Assembly (NCBI GenBank): GCA_963538065.1
Contig: CAUTFL010000003.1
Span: 157-64,156 of the forward strand
Reading direction: 5' to 3'
Length of the DNA: 64,000 bases
Origin: an uncultured Candidatus Saccharibacteria bacterium
GTDB lineage: Bacteria > Patescibacteriota > Saccharimonadia > Saccharimonadales > Saccharimonadaceae
A program made the position numbers and the translations under genes. Positions 28,688 through 39,107 of this stretch are shown here, one piece after another; position 1 is the first letter of the stretch; each line of letters starts with the position of its first letter. The notes below the pieces were generated by a model. The model was not told the DNA's origin. It was given only the letters and a program-made list of their open reading frames with translations, and ran no database searches.

Positions 28688-29461
28688 ATGTTAAATAAAT
28701 TTTCTCAGCTGACGGAAGAAGCACTCAGTAAAAAATCAAAAGAATATTATGTTTACGCACTAGTCGACCCGCGAGACCATAAAATTTTTTACATAGGTAA
28801 AGGAACAAAAAATCGAGTTTTTAATCATGTGGACGAAGCGATTGATAATATTGACAAGAAAACAGCGAAACTAGATTTAATTAGAGAAATAAAGAAAAGC
28901 GGAAATGAGGTTTTGCAATATATCATCAGAAGTTCTTTAAGCGAAAAAGAAGCCCTTCTTCTAGAGTCAGCACTCATTGATACTCTAAGTTTTGAAAAAT
29001 TTAATCTTAATACCGATTTATCAAATATCGTTTCAGGCCATCATAGTGAGGAAGAAAAATTATTGATTAGCCAATTTAAGTCAACTATACCGACGACAAC
29101 AGAGATAAATGATTTTTATTCCACTGAGCCAATCAAAGAATTTAAGCATAAAATTATGGCAATTAATATCAGCAAGACCTATAAAATTAATTCTGAACGA
29201 CATCCTAATCTTTACGAGGCCGTCAGAAAGTCTTGGAAAATTAATTTAAATAAGGCCGAGCAAGCAGAATTAGTTTTAGCAGAATATAAAGGTGTGGTCC
29301 GTGGAGTTTTCAGGCCTATTAAATGGTATTCGGAAGACGGAAAAAGATACATGTTTGATGGTGAAGAAGTTTATGATAAGGAAATATTAGATTTATATCT
29401 AAATAAAACTATTGAACGATTACCTGGTAACATGAGTCCGGTGCGGTATTTTGGTTATTAA
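28688..29461 (+). CDS. LEM-3-like GIY-YIG domain protein
   Basis: YYVYALVDPR...FYIGKG..NRVF.H...EALLLESALID...LSNIVSGH; LYEAVRKSW. Confidence 0.87.
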   Translation: MLNKFSQLTEEALSKKSKEYYVYALVDPRDHKIFYIGKGTKNRVFNHVDEAIDNIDKKTAKLDLIREIKKSGNEVLQYIIRSSLSEKEALLLESALIDTLSFEKFNLNTDLSNIVSGHHSEEEKLLISQFKSTIPTTTEINDFYSTEPIKEFKHKIMAINISKTYKINSERHPNLYEAVRKSWKINLNKAEQAELVLAEYKGVVRGVFRPIKWYSEDGKRYMFDGEEVYDKEILDLYLNKTIERLPGNMSPVRYFGY

Positions 29462-29503
29462 AAATTACTGTCTCATAAACAAAAGTGTAATATAATCCAG
29501 TAT

Positions 29504-29743
29504 ATGGACACCATTAAAAATATTCAGTATTACATTGAAAAAACTATGCTCGAGGATGGGGATTTTTATTCAGCAGTAGTACTTTATTTGAATGGTAAAA
29601 AAGATGACTATTCTGCACAAACGGTTTTATGGGAATTGAGTCATTCAAATGAAAATGGCATGTTTTTTGCTGGGCTCGATTTTGGGGAATTCAAGACAGC
29701 GTTGGATATATTAAAAATACCTGGTGGCGGTCATGAAAAATAA
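29504..29743 (+). CDS. Small hypothetical protein
   Basis: 79-aa ORF with TATAAT just upstream; overlaps the next gene. Confidence 0.7.
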   Translation: MDTIKNIQYYIEKTMLEDGDFYSAVVLYLNGKKDDYSAQTVLWELSHSNENGMFFAGLDFGEFKTALDILKIPGGGHEK

Positions 29744-30728
29744 AGCCTACGGTATGATGATTGGCTTAGTGGTTGGTGATATTTTGGGCGCACCAGTTCA
29801 GTTTGGGGTAAACAGTCAAGAAATCCGAGAAAATGTTGGAAAATTAAAAGATTTTCATGACAACCACGTATTGCCAAAGGGGGTTTATACCGACGACACA
29901 TCCATGGCTTTATGTTTAGCCGATAGCTTGATTGAGAAGCAGGGATACGACTCTTATGACGTAATGAAAAAGTATAGCGACTGGGAAGCGCATGGATATA
30001 GAAGCTATTTTGATTACGGCTACGATGTAGGATCACAAACCGATAATGCAATTTCGGTTTTCGAAAAAAATCCAATTGTAGGAAAAAATTCAAAACGCGA
30101 ATTCAATGCAGGTAATGGCTCAATTATGCGATTAGCACCAACTATTCTTGCGGCAGCAAAGAGGAACAGCTTAGCAAAAACAATTGAATTGGCTTGGATT
30201 TCTGGTCGGGAAACTCATTATTCAGAAGTTGCAGAAATGGGGACAGAGGTATTTGCAAATTTTTTATATAGGGCATTGAGATTTAGGAATAAGAAAAAAA
30301 TCGTTTCCTTGGATAATCTTACATTTACTTCCAAGACGCTTGAAGAGTGTTTTCTTGAATTTGAATCGTTGTTTTATTCAAGAATAAATACCAATGGTGA
30401 ATGCCTAAGAGATCTAGGGGGATATATTATAGACTCAATAACGATTGCGATTTGGGGTTTTATCCACTCCAAAAATTTTGAAGATGGAATGTTAAAGATT
30501 TTAATGCTGGGCGGAGACACTGATACAGATTGCGCAATTTATGGACAGCTCGCGGGAGCGTATTATGGACTAAGAAAGATCCCAAAACGATGGGTTAATA
30601 ATATGGCAATATCAGGCGAGGCTATTATAGAGTTAGTGGATAAGTTATTAAAAATGAAATCTTGCCCAATTATCCGAACGAGATTTGAAGAAGATATTTA
30701 TTTTGAAAATCCAAAAGGAGGCCTATGA
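29733..30728 (+). CDS. ADP-ribosylglycohydrolase (DraG/ARH family)
   Basis: GDILGAP, YTDDTSMALCL, AGNGSIMR, GGDTDT, GQLAGAYYG. Confidence 0.95.
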   Translation: MKNKAYGMMIGLVVGDILGAPVQFGVNSQEIRENVGKLKDFHDNHVLPKGVYTDDTSMALCLADSLIEKQGYDSYDVMKKYSDWEAHGYRSYFDYGYDVGSQTDNAISVFEKNPIVGKNSKREFNAGNGSIMRLAPTILAAAKRNSLAKTIELAWISGRETHYSEVAEMGTEVFANFLYRALRFRNKKKIVSLDNLTFTSKTLEECFLEFESLFYSRINTNGECLRDLGGYIIDSITIAIWGFIHSKNFEDGMLKILMLGGDTDTDCAIYGQLAGAYYGLRKIPKRWVNNMAISGEAIIELVDKLLKMKSCPIIRTRFEEDIYFENPKGGL

Positions 30729-31456
30729 AAAAGCGGACTAAGCAGACTCTGGAAGAAAAACTTCTTAACCTTGAACAAGAGTTAAAAGTATCAGTTGCAC
30801 CCTATCATCATCAAAATTTTACCCTTACTTATGACCTCGAAATGCCTAGTCAGACGAAGATGGCAGGGGAATTTTTAAACGTTTTAGGAAAGTATTGTTC
30901 GAAAACAAAGAGTGAAAATTTGTTAAAGTTAATGGGGCAGAAAAAGCAGCTATCCGTAAGTGAAGTCCTGAGAGCGGTTAGCTTTAATGGTCGTGTTCCA
31001 TACTATAGCGCAAATGATGATTTTGAGAATTTCCATAATTTTATTACACGGTATTTGATAGAAAGTGGCTGGTTGATCGATTTTCCAAAGATTATTTTAG
31101 GAGTTCAAGGTATTGCAATGTTAAGATTGAGTATCTTTAAGTATATTTTAAAAAATTGGAACTGTATTATAGCTATTTATGATTTTAGAGTATTAGAAGA
31201 ACTCGCAATTCATTATGGACAGGTTTCTTTAAAAAATTCAGCTGTCGAGGAAGATGCATTGAGACGAGAATTTATTAGAAAAGTCTTAAAACAAGAAATC
31301 GCAGAGCTGGAGCAAAAACTAGAAGAGAATATCTCAAAAATCATAGATAGTAGTGAACGAAATGATTTTTTCATAAAAAATAGGCTGGTCACGAAAAATG
31401 GTCGCATAGCCAACAAAAGTAATTGCAGAAAAGCGAAGAATATCACGCGTAAGTAG
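30725..31456 (+). CDS. Hypothetical protein coupled to the ARH gene
   Basis: 243-aa ORF, ATGA overlap and GGAGG RBS. Confidence 0.75.
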   Translation: MKKRTKQTLEEKLLNLEQELKVSVAPYHHQNFTLTYDLEMPSQTKMAGEFLNVLGKYCSKTKSENLLKLMGQKKQLSVSEVLRAVSFNGRVPYYSANDDFENFHNFITRYLIESGWLIDFPKIILGVQGIAMLRLSIFKYILKNWNCIIAIYDFRVLEELAIHYGQVSLKNSAVEEDALRREFIRKVLKQEIAELEQKLEENISKIIDSSERNDFFIKNRLVTKNGRIANKSNCRKAKNITRK

Positions 31457-31486
31457 TAAATTAAATCTTACGAAAAAATTAAATTT

Positions 31487-32017
31487 TTAGAATTTAAGTT
31501 CATTTAGCTCATCCAAATTTATTCCGCGTTCCAAAAATAGCGATTGTATATCCGTAGTAACAATGTCTTCCTCATCAAAACCTAAAAACTCTGCGCAGTT
31601 TTTTACATCCTCAACTTTTTCAGATTCGATTTCGAGAAGATAGCCAAGTTTTGGCCAATGATCTATCGAGATTTTGGAGTCACCTAGAAGAAATTCATCC
31701 CTGGTATTTTCCTGGTAAGTTTTATGAGACAGACCAAGTTTTTCGAGAATCATCAAAGCTTCATTAAAATCATTTACCGTAACTTCCCATTCATTGGTCC
31801 CCAAAAGCGAGTCGTCGACAATCTCTTTTACGGTTAAAGTTGTTTTCTTGCCATCTGTTCGAAGTCTCCCCCAACGAGCGTTGGATTTTGGAATCGAATC
31901 AAAAGTATATCGTTTAAAATTATAAAAACCTAATGGCTTGGCATTTAATTCTAAGAGTTTATTTTTGGTCTCTTCTGGATTAATATTGATGATTCTACCT
32001 TCAATTTCTATAGACAT
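31487..32017 (-). CDS. CYTH-domain protein (class IV adenylate cyclase / triphosphate tunnel enzyme)
   Basis: IEIE.R, RLRTDG..TTLTVKE, YQENTR, IDHWP...LEIE. Confidence 0.9.
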   Translation of the reverse strand: MSIEIEGRIININPEETKNKLLELNAKPLGFYNFKRYTFDSIPKSNARWGRLRTDGKKTTLTVKEIVDDSLLGTNEWEVTVNDFNEALMILEKLGLSHKTYQENTRDEFLLGDSKISIDHWPKLGYLLEIESEKVEDVKNCAEFLGFDEEDIVTTDIQSLFLERGINLDELNELKF

Positions 32018-32079
32018 AAATATTCCTAATTACATACTAAATATAACATTATTAGAAAAAATAGGCCTCCTGTTGAGGC

Positions 32080-33123
32080 CTAATGTTTTGAAAATGAAAC
32101 TAAACAAAACTTACCGATAAGATTATTATAGTCGTTGTAGTATAATGATAAGATTTCATCACAAAGTTGCGACGAAAAGAATGAATCATACGGTGCAGTA
32201 CGCTCCATGCGCATAATACAAAATCCAATATAGTAATTATTTTCTGCGTCAATATAGACTCTTGGTCCAGAAAAACCCTCTACGCAATCGGTTTCAGAAT
32301 AAGGACAACCAGAACAAGCATTATCAAGGATAATTCGTCTTATTTTTTTGTTGACTATTTTAACACCATTTTTGACTTCGTACGTAATTCGCTCATCGGA
32401 TACACCGGCAATAATTTTACGTTCAATTGGTGTAGCCCCAACACGAACCAATAACTCCTCTATAGCAGATTCAGATTCTTTAATATTACTTAAGTCAGGT
32501 TGAATTTCAATCTGTAGACTATTTTTGTAATAGTTAATTAACTCTATCGCTTTATTGATTGACAAAAAATCGGAAACCACGATATTAGCTGCAACATATA
32601 TACCCTCTTTTATAGCTAAATCTATTGCCTCATACATGCGTCGTATTTTATTCTCGTAAAATGACTTGTCCAGATGGCAATTATTTTGAGTTTTTAGGAA
32701 ATCCTCTCCCGTTAAGCCTAATATGCTAAAATTTATTCCGTCGATTCCAGCATCAATAATATCCTTTATTCTGTCGCCACCAGTTTCACCATTAGATGTC
32801 ATTTTGACTGTGAGTCCTAAACCTTTAAGTGACGCAATGATATCTTCGACATGCATATTAAGTGACGGTTCTCCGCCAGTGAGATGGACATCTTCTACGT
32901 CAAGCCTATACTTTGCTTGCTTAAAGAGGCTTAAGAAATTATCGTCCACAGACATTTCTCCAGGATATAGCCTGCAATGGTTCCTCTTTGAAAAAATTGA
33001 TACTCTATTCGAGTCAGCCCTCCGTACCAATGTCCCCTCATTGTGACAGAAACCACAAGAAAGACCACATTTATCAGTGATTTTTGCTCTTATTGAATTA
33101 TTAATAGTGACTATAGTTTTCAT
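32080..33123 (-). CDS. Radical SAM protein (MoaA-like)
   Basis: CGLSCGFCHNEG, HLTGGEP, MTSNG; C-terminal CSGC...C...C cluster. Confidence 0.92.
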   Translation of the reverse strand: MKTIVTINNSIRAKITDKCGLSCGFCHNEGTLVRRADSNRVSIFSKRNHCRLYPGEMSVDDNFLSLFKQAKYRLDVEDVHLTGGEPSLNMHVEDIIASLKGLGLTVKMTSNGETGGDRIKDIIDAGIDGINFSILGLTGEDFLKTQNNCHLDKSFYENKIRRMYEAIDLAIKEGIYVAANIVVSDFLSINKAIELINYYKNSLQIEIQPDLSNIKESESAIEELLVRVGATPIERKIIAGVSDERITYEVKNGVKIVNKKIRRIILDNACSGCPYSETDCVEGFSGPRVYIDAENNYYIGFCIMRMERTAPYDSFFSSQLCDEILSLYYNDYNNLIGKFCLVSFSKH

Positions 33124-33237
33124 TTTTCCCCCTTTTTCAAAAAATACTAAGAAAATCTTAATGTGATTACTTCTAACTAGATGATATACAAATTAAGAGA
33201 AAAAGCAATATTTAATATTAACTTTCACAAGATGTCA

Positions 33238-33906
33238 TTAGGCACAATAAATAATCGCGAGGGTTTCGGCGACACGGAAACTAGCGACTTTGGCTTGATG
33301 GACTTTTAACCATTCGTCCACTGCACGGGCGGAACCTGGTAACTCTGGATTGTTATAATCATGCACAATAATTACGCCACCTGGCGACATTTTGTCGGCA
33401 ACCAGGTGCAGACTAGTTTTGATGGATTGGTACAAATCACCGTCCAGAAAGGTATAGGAAATTTTTTCTGGTATATCATATATGATATCAAGATCATCAA
33501 AAAAGGCCTTTTTAATTTTCGGTAATTTGAGCCCCATTTTCTTAAATTTTTCGATAACTTCGCGTTTAGTAACGAGTAGTTCCCCAGCCTGAAAAGCATC
33601 ACCAGCTGCCGAATTATCTTCACGGGTTTTGGCAGGAAGTCCTTCAAAAGAATCATAGAGCCAGAGTATTTTTTGACTTGCCCGAGCGGCTTGATTTTCT
33701 GGTTGGAAGGCGCCACCATACCCCATCGATTCTAAAAGTTTTTGATAAAGTACAGAGGTGTCAGCCTTATAACAACCAAATTCAACAACGTCACCTGGTA
33801 CATTGTTTTTCAGAGTTTTTGTGAGTTCCTGCAAAAGAATTTCCGTTTCACGCGCGGTGACTTGCTGCATGTAATCCTGATTTTTGGAAGAATTTTTGGC
33901 TTTCAT
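33238..33906 (-). CDS. TylF/MycF-family O-methyltransferase
   Basis: PGDVVEFGCY, YDSFEGLP, LDGDLYQS, VHDY...PG. Confidence 0.92.
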   Translation of the reverse strand: MKAKNSSKNQDYMQQVTARETEILLQELTKTLKNNVPGDVVEFGCYKADTSVLYQKLLESMGYGGAFQPENQAARASQKILWLYDSFEGLPAKTREDNSAAGDAFQAGELLVTKREVIEKFKKMGLKLPKIKKAFFDDLDIIYDIPEKISYTFLDGDLYQSIKTSLHLVADKMSPGGVIIVHDYNNPELPGSARAVDEWLKVHQAKVASFRVAETLAIIYCA

Positions 33907-33954
33907 TTGATGAATTTATTTTAGACTTTTCGACTGAATTTTATTTTGAAAAAA

Positions 33955-34614
33955 TTACTTTTTACGTAAGAAAAAGGCGAAAATTATGCCACCGATACCA
34001 GCAGAAATTATATCACCCATGGTATCGCCGACACCCGGAGCATTGAGTTCTTGCATATGTCCGCCACAAAGCTGATCGTAGGAAAATTCAAAACATTCCC
34101 AAGCGGCAGCAATGAAGAACACGAACGAAACAATGAAGAGAAAGGCGAAGGCGGTGGAGTATTTCTTAATTTTCACGGCTGAGGTACTTGAAGTGGAAGT
34201 GGATTTTATGGCAGAATCTTTACCATCATAGACATTATCGAGGATTTCTTTGGCGAGAAAGGCGGAAAATACACCAGACAAAGTGTGGACGATTTTATCA
34301 TAACTAGGAGAGCCAAAAATAATCAGAGTTTTATACCAATCGAGATCGATGCCAAGCACCATAGCGATAACCAAAAAAGAACTATAAGCAAGACGAAGCT
34401 TGGTGGAAGTATGAAGATTGATTTTCGCGATTAGGTCCGGGATGAAAGGTAAGATGATTGTCACGAGATAACTTGGCAACTTATGCCAGGTCACCGGATC
34501 GACGAAGTGCATGATAGTGAGTGCGATACCCGAAAAGGCAATCAGAAACTTGATGATTAGATCTAATTTAGCTAAATTAGAGGTTTTTTGGAATTGTTTG
34601 ATAAATTTTTTCAT
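33955..34614 (-). CDS. Integral membrane protein (VanZ/DUF2238-like)
   Basis: YDKIVHTLSG, AAWECFEF..D, DTMGDII; multiple TMs. Confidence 0.7.
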   Translation of the reverse strand: MKKFIKQFQKTSNLAKLDLIIKFLIAFSGIALTIMHFVDPVTWHKLPSYLVTIILPFIPDLIAKINLHTSTKLRLAYSSFLVIAMVLGIDLDWYKTLIIFGSPSYDKIVHTLSGVFSAFLAKEILDNVYDGKDSAIKSTSTSSTSAVKIKKYSTAFAFLFIVSFVFFIAAAWECFEFSYDQLCGGHMQELNAPGVGDTMGDIISAGIGGIIFAFFLRKK

Positions 34615-34729
34615 AATGAACTCTTTAATTTGCTTTATTTTAGCATATATGTTGTAAATACAGAACACCCCGCCGGGGCGGGGTGCTGTTTAGTGCCTTA
34701 TGTATTTAGAGATTCGAGTTTTAATGGTC

Positions 34730-36613
34730 TTATTTATCGACAACTTCACCTTCGACTGGTTCATCTGGGTTAGATTTGCCAGCTTCTGGATTGGCCTGGT
34801 CGGCAGAGTTAGCTTGGTAAAGTTTAGCACCGATTGGCATGACTTTATTAGCTAATTCTTTAGCGGCTTCTTCGTATTTGGAAGCTTCAGCGTTAGTGTC
34901 TTTTAGGACTTCCTTAGCTTCTTCGACTGCCTTTTTGATGGTTTCTTTATCTTCATCAGAGATTTTATCCTTGAACTCATCAGGCATTTTTTCGTATTGA
35001 TAGATAGCTTGTTCTAGGTGATTCTTAGCATCGATAGCTTCGCGCTTTTTCTTATCTTCATCAGCATGGAGCTCAGCGTCTTTTTGAGCTTTTTCGATGT
35101 CTTCTTTGGACATGTTGCCAGAGTTTTGAATAGTAATACTCTGTTCCTTACCAGTTCCCTTGTCACGAGCAGTAACATTTAAAATACCGTTAGCATCGAT
35201 ATTAAAGGTAACTTCAATCTGAGGGACACCACGTGGAGCTGGAGCGATACCATCGAGGACGAAACGACCGAGAGATTTGTTATCGGAAGCCATTTCGCGC
35301 TCACCCTGCAAGACATGAATTTCTACCTGTGGCTGATTGTCAGCAGCAGTGGAGAAAGTCTCAGACTTAGAGGTAGGAATGGTAGTATTACGGTCAATAA
35401 GCTTGGTTGTAACGCCGCCCATGGTCTCGATACCGAGAGAAAGCGGAGTAACGTCGAGAAGAAGTACATCCTTCACGTCACCTTGAAGTACGCCACCTTG
35501 AATAGCAGCACCGACAGCTACGACCTCATCTGGGTTAACACCTTGCATGGGTTCTTTACCGAAGAGTTCCTTTACTTTTTCAACCACAGCTGGCATACGA
35601 GTCATACCACCAACCATCACGACTTCATTGATATCACTGGTGGAAAGCTTGGCATCCTTAAGAGCCTTGTGAACTGGGTCAGCAAGACGATCAATCAGTG
35701 GGGAGACCAATTCTTCCATCTTTGAGCGAGTCAAAGTGTATTCAAAGTGTTTTGGACCGTCAGAATCGGCAGAAAGGAATGGAAGGTTAATTTCAGTTTC
35801 CTTAGCGGAAGAAAGTTCCTTCTTAGCTTTTTCAGCTTCATCCTTAATACGTTGCATAGCGGCAGCGTCTTTCTTAACATCGATACCGGATTCTTCTTTG
35901 AATTTATCACAGAGGAAGTTAACGATGAGGTTATCAAAGTCTTCACCACCAAGGTGAGTGTCACCGTTAGTAGAAAGCACTTCGAAGACGCCGTCACCTA
36001 ATTCAAGAATGGAAACATCGAAGGTACCACCACCAAGGTCGAAGACCACGATTTTCTCTTCACTCTTCTTTTCGAGACCATAAGCGAGAGCGGCGGCAGT
36101 AGGTTCATTAATAATACGCTTAACTTCAAGACCGGCGATTTTACCAGCATCTTTGGTAGCTTGGCGCTGAGAGTCGTCGAAGTAGGCAGGAACGGTAATG
36201 ATAGCTTCAGTAACTTTTTCACCAAGGAAGGCCTCAGCATCAGCCTTGATCTTGGAAAGAATCATGGCAGAGATTTCTTCTGGGGTGTATTCCTTGCCAT
36301 CCATTTCAACAGCGACACCGTTACCTTTTTTAACAATCTTGTATGGCATAATGTCGAGATCGCGTTGAACTTCTTTATCATCAAACTTACGACCAATCAA
36401 ACGCTTAATACCGTAGATGGTGTTCTTTGGGTTAGTAACACGTTGACGTTGGGCAACTTTACCAACGAGGCGATCACCTTTTTTAGTCACAGCCACGACA
36501 GATGGGGTGGTGCGATCACCTTCAGCATTGGTAATAACTTCCGGCTTTCCGGCTACCATGTAGGCGAAAGCGGAGTTAGTTGTACCAAGGTCAATACCAA
36601 TAATTTTACTCAT
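34730..36613 (-). CDS. dnaK: Chaperone DnaK
   Basis: [38 protein letters not shown]. Confidence 0.99.
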   Translation of the reverse strand: MSKIIGIDLGTTNSAFAYMVAGKPEVITNAEGDRTTPSVVAVTKKGDRLVGKVAQRQRVTNPKNTIYGIKRLIGRKFDDKEVQRDLDIMPYKIVKKGNGVAVEMDGKEYTPEEISAMILSKIKADAEAFLGEKVTEAIITVPAYFDDSQRQATKDAGKIAGLEVKRIINEPTAAALAYGLEKKSEEKIVVFDLGGGTFDVSILELGDGVFEVLSTNGDTHLGGEDFDNLIVNFLCDKFKEESGIDVKKDAAAMQRIKDEAEKAKKELSSAKETEINLPFLSADSDGPKHFEYTLTRSKMEELVSPLIDRLADPVHKALKDAKLSTSDINEVVMVGGMTRMPAVVEKVKELFGKEPMQGVNPDEVVAVGAAIQGGVLQGDVKDVLLLDVTPLSLGIETMGGVTTKLIDRNTTIPTSKSETFSTAADNQPQVEIHVLQGEREMASDNKSLGRFVLDGIAPAPRGVPQIEVTFNIDANGILNVTARDKGTGKEQSITIQNSGNMSKEDIEKAQKDAELHADEDKKKREAIDAKNHLEQAIYQYEKMPDEFKDKISDEDKETIKKAVEEAKEVLKDTNAEASKYEEAAKELANKVMPIGAKLYQANSADQANPEAGKSNPDEPVEGEVVDK

Positions 36614-36636
36614 AAATACTCCTTGTTTATTATTTT

Positions 36637-36710
36637 TTGGCACTTTAGCGGTTATTCTGCTAATTTGTCTTAAGTATAGCTAATTAGCACTCTAATGTCA
36701 AGACTGCTAA
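36637..36710. promoter_or_regulatory. CIRCE (HrcA operator) overlapping the dnaK promoter, plus a degenerate second copy
   Basis: TTAGCACTC-N9-GACTGCTAA at 36684-36710; TTGGCACTT-N9-TTCTGCTAA at 36637-36663; minus-strand TTGACA-17-TATACT. Confidence 0.88.
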
Positions 36711-36766
36711 TTATTAAATTAACAGGGGTGGATGAGAAAAATTAAAAAGATTTTTGAGATTTTTGC

Positions 36767-37948
36767 CTATTTTTTGATGAAAATTTTCTTCACAAATTCG
36801 ATTAATTCGACTCGGAATTGGAACAGTAGAAGACCAATACCAGCTACTGAAGAACCGATAATTGCCGTAGAACCGTTAAATTGTTTAGGTGTTTTTTCAG
36901 GATCGCCAGTTTTTGGCACCTCAAGCTTATCGGTGGCACCAGTATTAGCCTTTTGCTTGCGACAGCGATGGGTTTCAGGATTTCGCTCGTAACCTTCTTT
37001 ACAAGGTGCAGGAGTTTTTTCATCTTTTGAGTCAATTTTCTTGCAACGGTTAGTGGCAGGATTTAACTCCTTGCCATCACCACAAGTTTTAGGAGTCTTT
37101 GGCACTGGGATTTTTACGCAACGGCCGCTCTTTGGGTTGATTGTTTTACCCACTTCGCATGGTTTCTTTGCATTTCCTGCAGGACTAATCTTTTTACAAC
37201 GATGCGTCTGAGGGTTAAGGTAATAACCTGTCTTGCAGATTTTTGGTTGATTTTCATGAGAATTCTCCTTATTACAGCGATGAGTAGCTTGATTTAAATA
37301 ATATCCGGGTTTACATTGCTTTGGTGTATTTGGTTTTGACGTGACGATCTTATTACAACGATGAGTTTCCTGATTCCTTACATAGCCAGGCTTACAGGGC
37401 TTATTCACAGTATTTTCAGTTGGCTTAGGCTGATTAGGCTTAGTAGGCTTTGGTTGTTTAGGTTGTTTGGGTTGTTTGGGTTGTTTGGGTTGTTTGGGTT
37501 TTTCCTGAGGAGCTTTTGGCTCTGGAGTTTTTCCTGATTCCTGCGGTTTTTTGGGTTTCTTTTTATGACGTTCGTCATAGGTTTTAATACAACGATTGGT
37601 TAAAGGATTACGAATTTTCCCTTCTGGGCAGGGTTTAGAGTCTGGCAAGATACTGCGATGCTCGGCATCGGTTGGTGCATCGGCGAGAATAATTTCAGTC
37701 TCAGAATTCCCCGCCAGAGAGCCAAAACTGACAGATCCAAGTAGCTCAGCTCTCTGTGGAACTTTACCGATATTATAATAATTTTGGGGACCTCCATCTC
37801 TTTTTAGACTTAAAGGATTCCAAGCGTCATCCTTTTTGGCGCTGGAAAAATCTAAAGATAAGATGGACAAAAATAATAAAAATAGACCGATGGAAAAACA
37901 CCACATAATCGGCTTTTCTGGTCGCTTTCTGAATTGTACTTTTTTCAT
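36767..37948 (-). CDS. Surface protein with seven CxxGxxxNxxTxRC repeats and a PKQ linker
   Basis: N-terminal hydrophobic segment, repeats, VPKTG, C-terminal TM and basic tail. Confidence 0.85.
   Translation of the reverse strand: MKKVQFRKRPEKPIMWCFSIGLFLLFLSILSLDFSSAKKDDAWNPLSLKRDGGPQNYYNIGKVPQRAELLGSVSFGSLAGNSETEIILADAPTDAEHRSILPDSKPCPEGKIRNPLTNRCIKTYDERHKKKPKKPQESGKTPEPKAPQEKPKQPKQPKQPKQPKQPKPTKPNQPKPTENTVNKPCKPGYVRNQETHRCNKIVTSKPNTPKQCKPGYYLNQATHRCNKENSHENQPKICKTGYYLNPQTHRCKKISPAGNAKKPCEVGKTINPKSGRCVKIPVPKTPKTCGDGKELNPATNRCKKIDSKDEKTPAPCKEGYERNPETHRCRKQKANTGATDKLEVPKTGDPEKTPKQFNGSTAIIGSSVAGIGLLLFQFRVELIEFVKKIFIKK
37451..37499. repeat. 9-bp tandem repeat encoding (PKQ)n
   Basis: About five copies of GGTTGTTT(G/A). 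Confidence 0.85.
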
Positions 37949-38129
37949 ATTTACCTCACTTAATTTGTTTGACTGCAATTTAGCAAGTTTTATTAAAAAC
38001 AAGAAGCATAAGCGGAAAGATTTTTAATTTTACAGATAGAAAAATGCCTAAAATTTTTTTAGCATAAGCAAGTTATAAATTATCATAAGCAAGATATGAT
38101 TGACCATAAGCATGATATAATATAGCTAA

Positions 38130-38840
38130 ATGGAGGTTCAAACTTTACTATTGACTTTTGGGGTGATATTTTTGAGCGCCCTAGCCCAGTCTTCCATGCA
38201 ACTCAGCACGGGGGTATTTCTTTTGCTGTACCGAGAAAGTGCCGGAAGGTACTTGAAGAAGAAAACGAAAAATCTTCTTTCAAATTACATCGTAGGCTAT
38301 ATCTTTTTAACAAGTTTACTCCTAACCTCTATCTGTTATGCCCTAATGGTGTTATTTGGTGGCAATTTAACCATCCTGTGTCTGACGATTTTAATTTGTT
38401 TGATTTTTAGTCTTGCAATTTGCGTGTGGTTCTTCTATTATAAAACCAACAGATCCACGGAACTTTGGTTGCCAAAGTCAATCATCCGATATATCCGCAA
38501 ACGCGCGGCAAATTCATCTAGTAATATTGAGGCCTTTTCACTAGGTGTTTTGTCGGTGGTGGCGGAACTACCATTCATTCTAGCTTTAATGTTGGTTTCA
38601 GCCGATAGTTTTTTGAAGCTACCAGCGCTTTGGCAGATTGTGATGATTTTAACCTATACGGCGATTTCGGTAATGCCGCTAGTAGTATTAAAGTTAAGCA
38701 TCCGCCATGGTAAGACAGCTGCGGAGATTCAAAAGTGGCGTTTAGACAATCTAGATTTCACGAAACTGATTTCAAGTATTCTCTTTATTACTTTAGGACT
38801 TTTTCTGATTGCTTTTAAATTGGTAGCAGGAGGTTTTTAG
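38130..38840 (+). CDS. Hypothetical polytopic membrane protein
   Basis: About six hydrophobic segments. Confidence 0.8.
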   Translation: MEVQTLLLTFGVIFLSALAQSSMQLSTGVFLLLYRESAGRYLKKKTKNLLSNYIVGYIFLTSLLLTSICYALMVLFGGNLTILCLTILICLIFSLAICVWFFYYKTNRSTELWLPKSIIRYIRKRAANSSSNIEAFSLGVLSVVAELPFILALMLVSADSFLKLPALWQIVMILTYTAISVMPLVVLKLSIRHGKTAAEIQKWRLDNLDFTKLISSILFITLGLFLIAFKLVAGGF

Positions 38841-39097
38841 TGCGTAAGAAAAATAGCGAAAATCTACCAGTAACAGATAAGTTAATTAAGAAGATCTTAA
38901 AGACAGAATGTAAAATTGAAAATATTCCAGAACTAGATGCGCAAACTGTCGAGTTTATCGTAAAAAAAGTAGTGACTTGGGCAGAAAAGAAAACTATTGT
39001 TACCCAAAGTGAATTTGATAAGAAATTAGCGAACGAGGTGAGGAAATTTAACACCGACTTGGGATTCATGATTGAGCAAAGAAACAAACTGGTTTAG
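38840..39097 (+). CDS. Small hypothetical protein
   Basis: 85-aa ORF with AGGAGG RBS, coupled to the upstream stop. Confidence 0.7.
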   Translation: MRKKNSENLPVTDKLIKKILKTECKIENIPELDAQTVEFIVKKVVTWAEKKTIVTQSEFDKKLANEVRKFNTDLGFMIEQRNKLV

Positions 39098-39107
39098 AGA
39101 AGGATGA

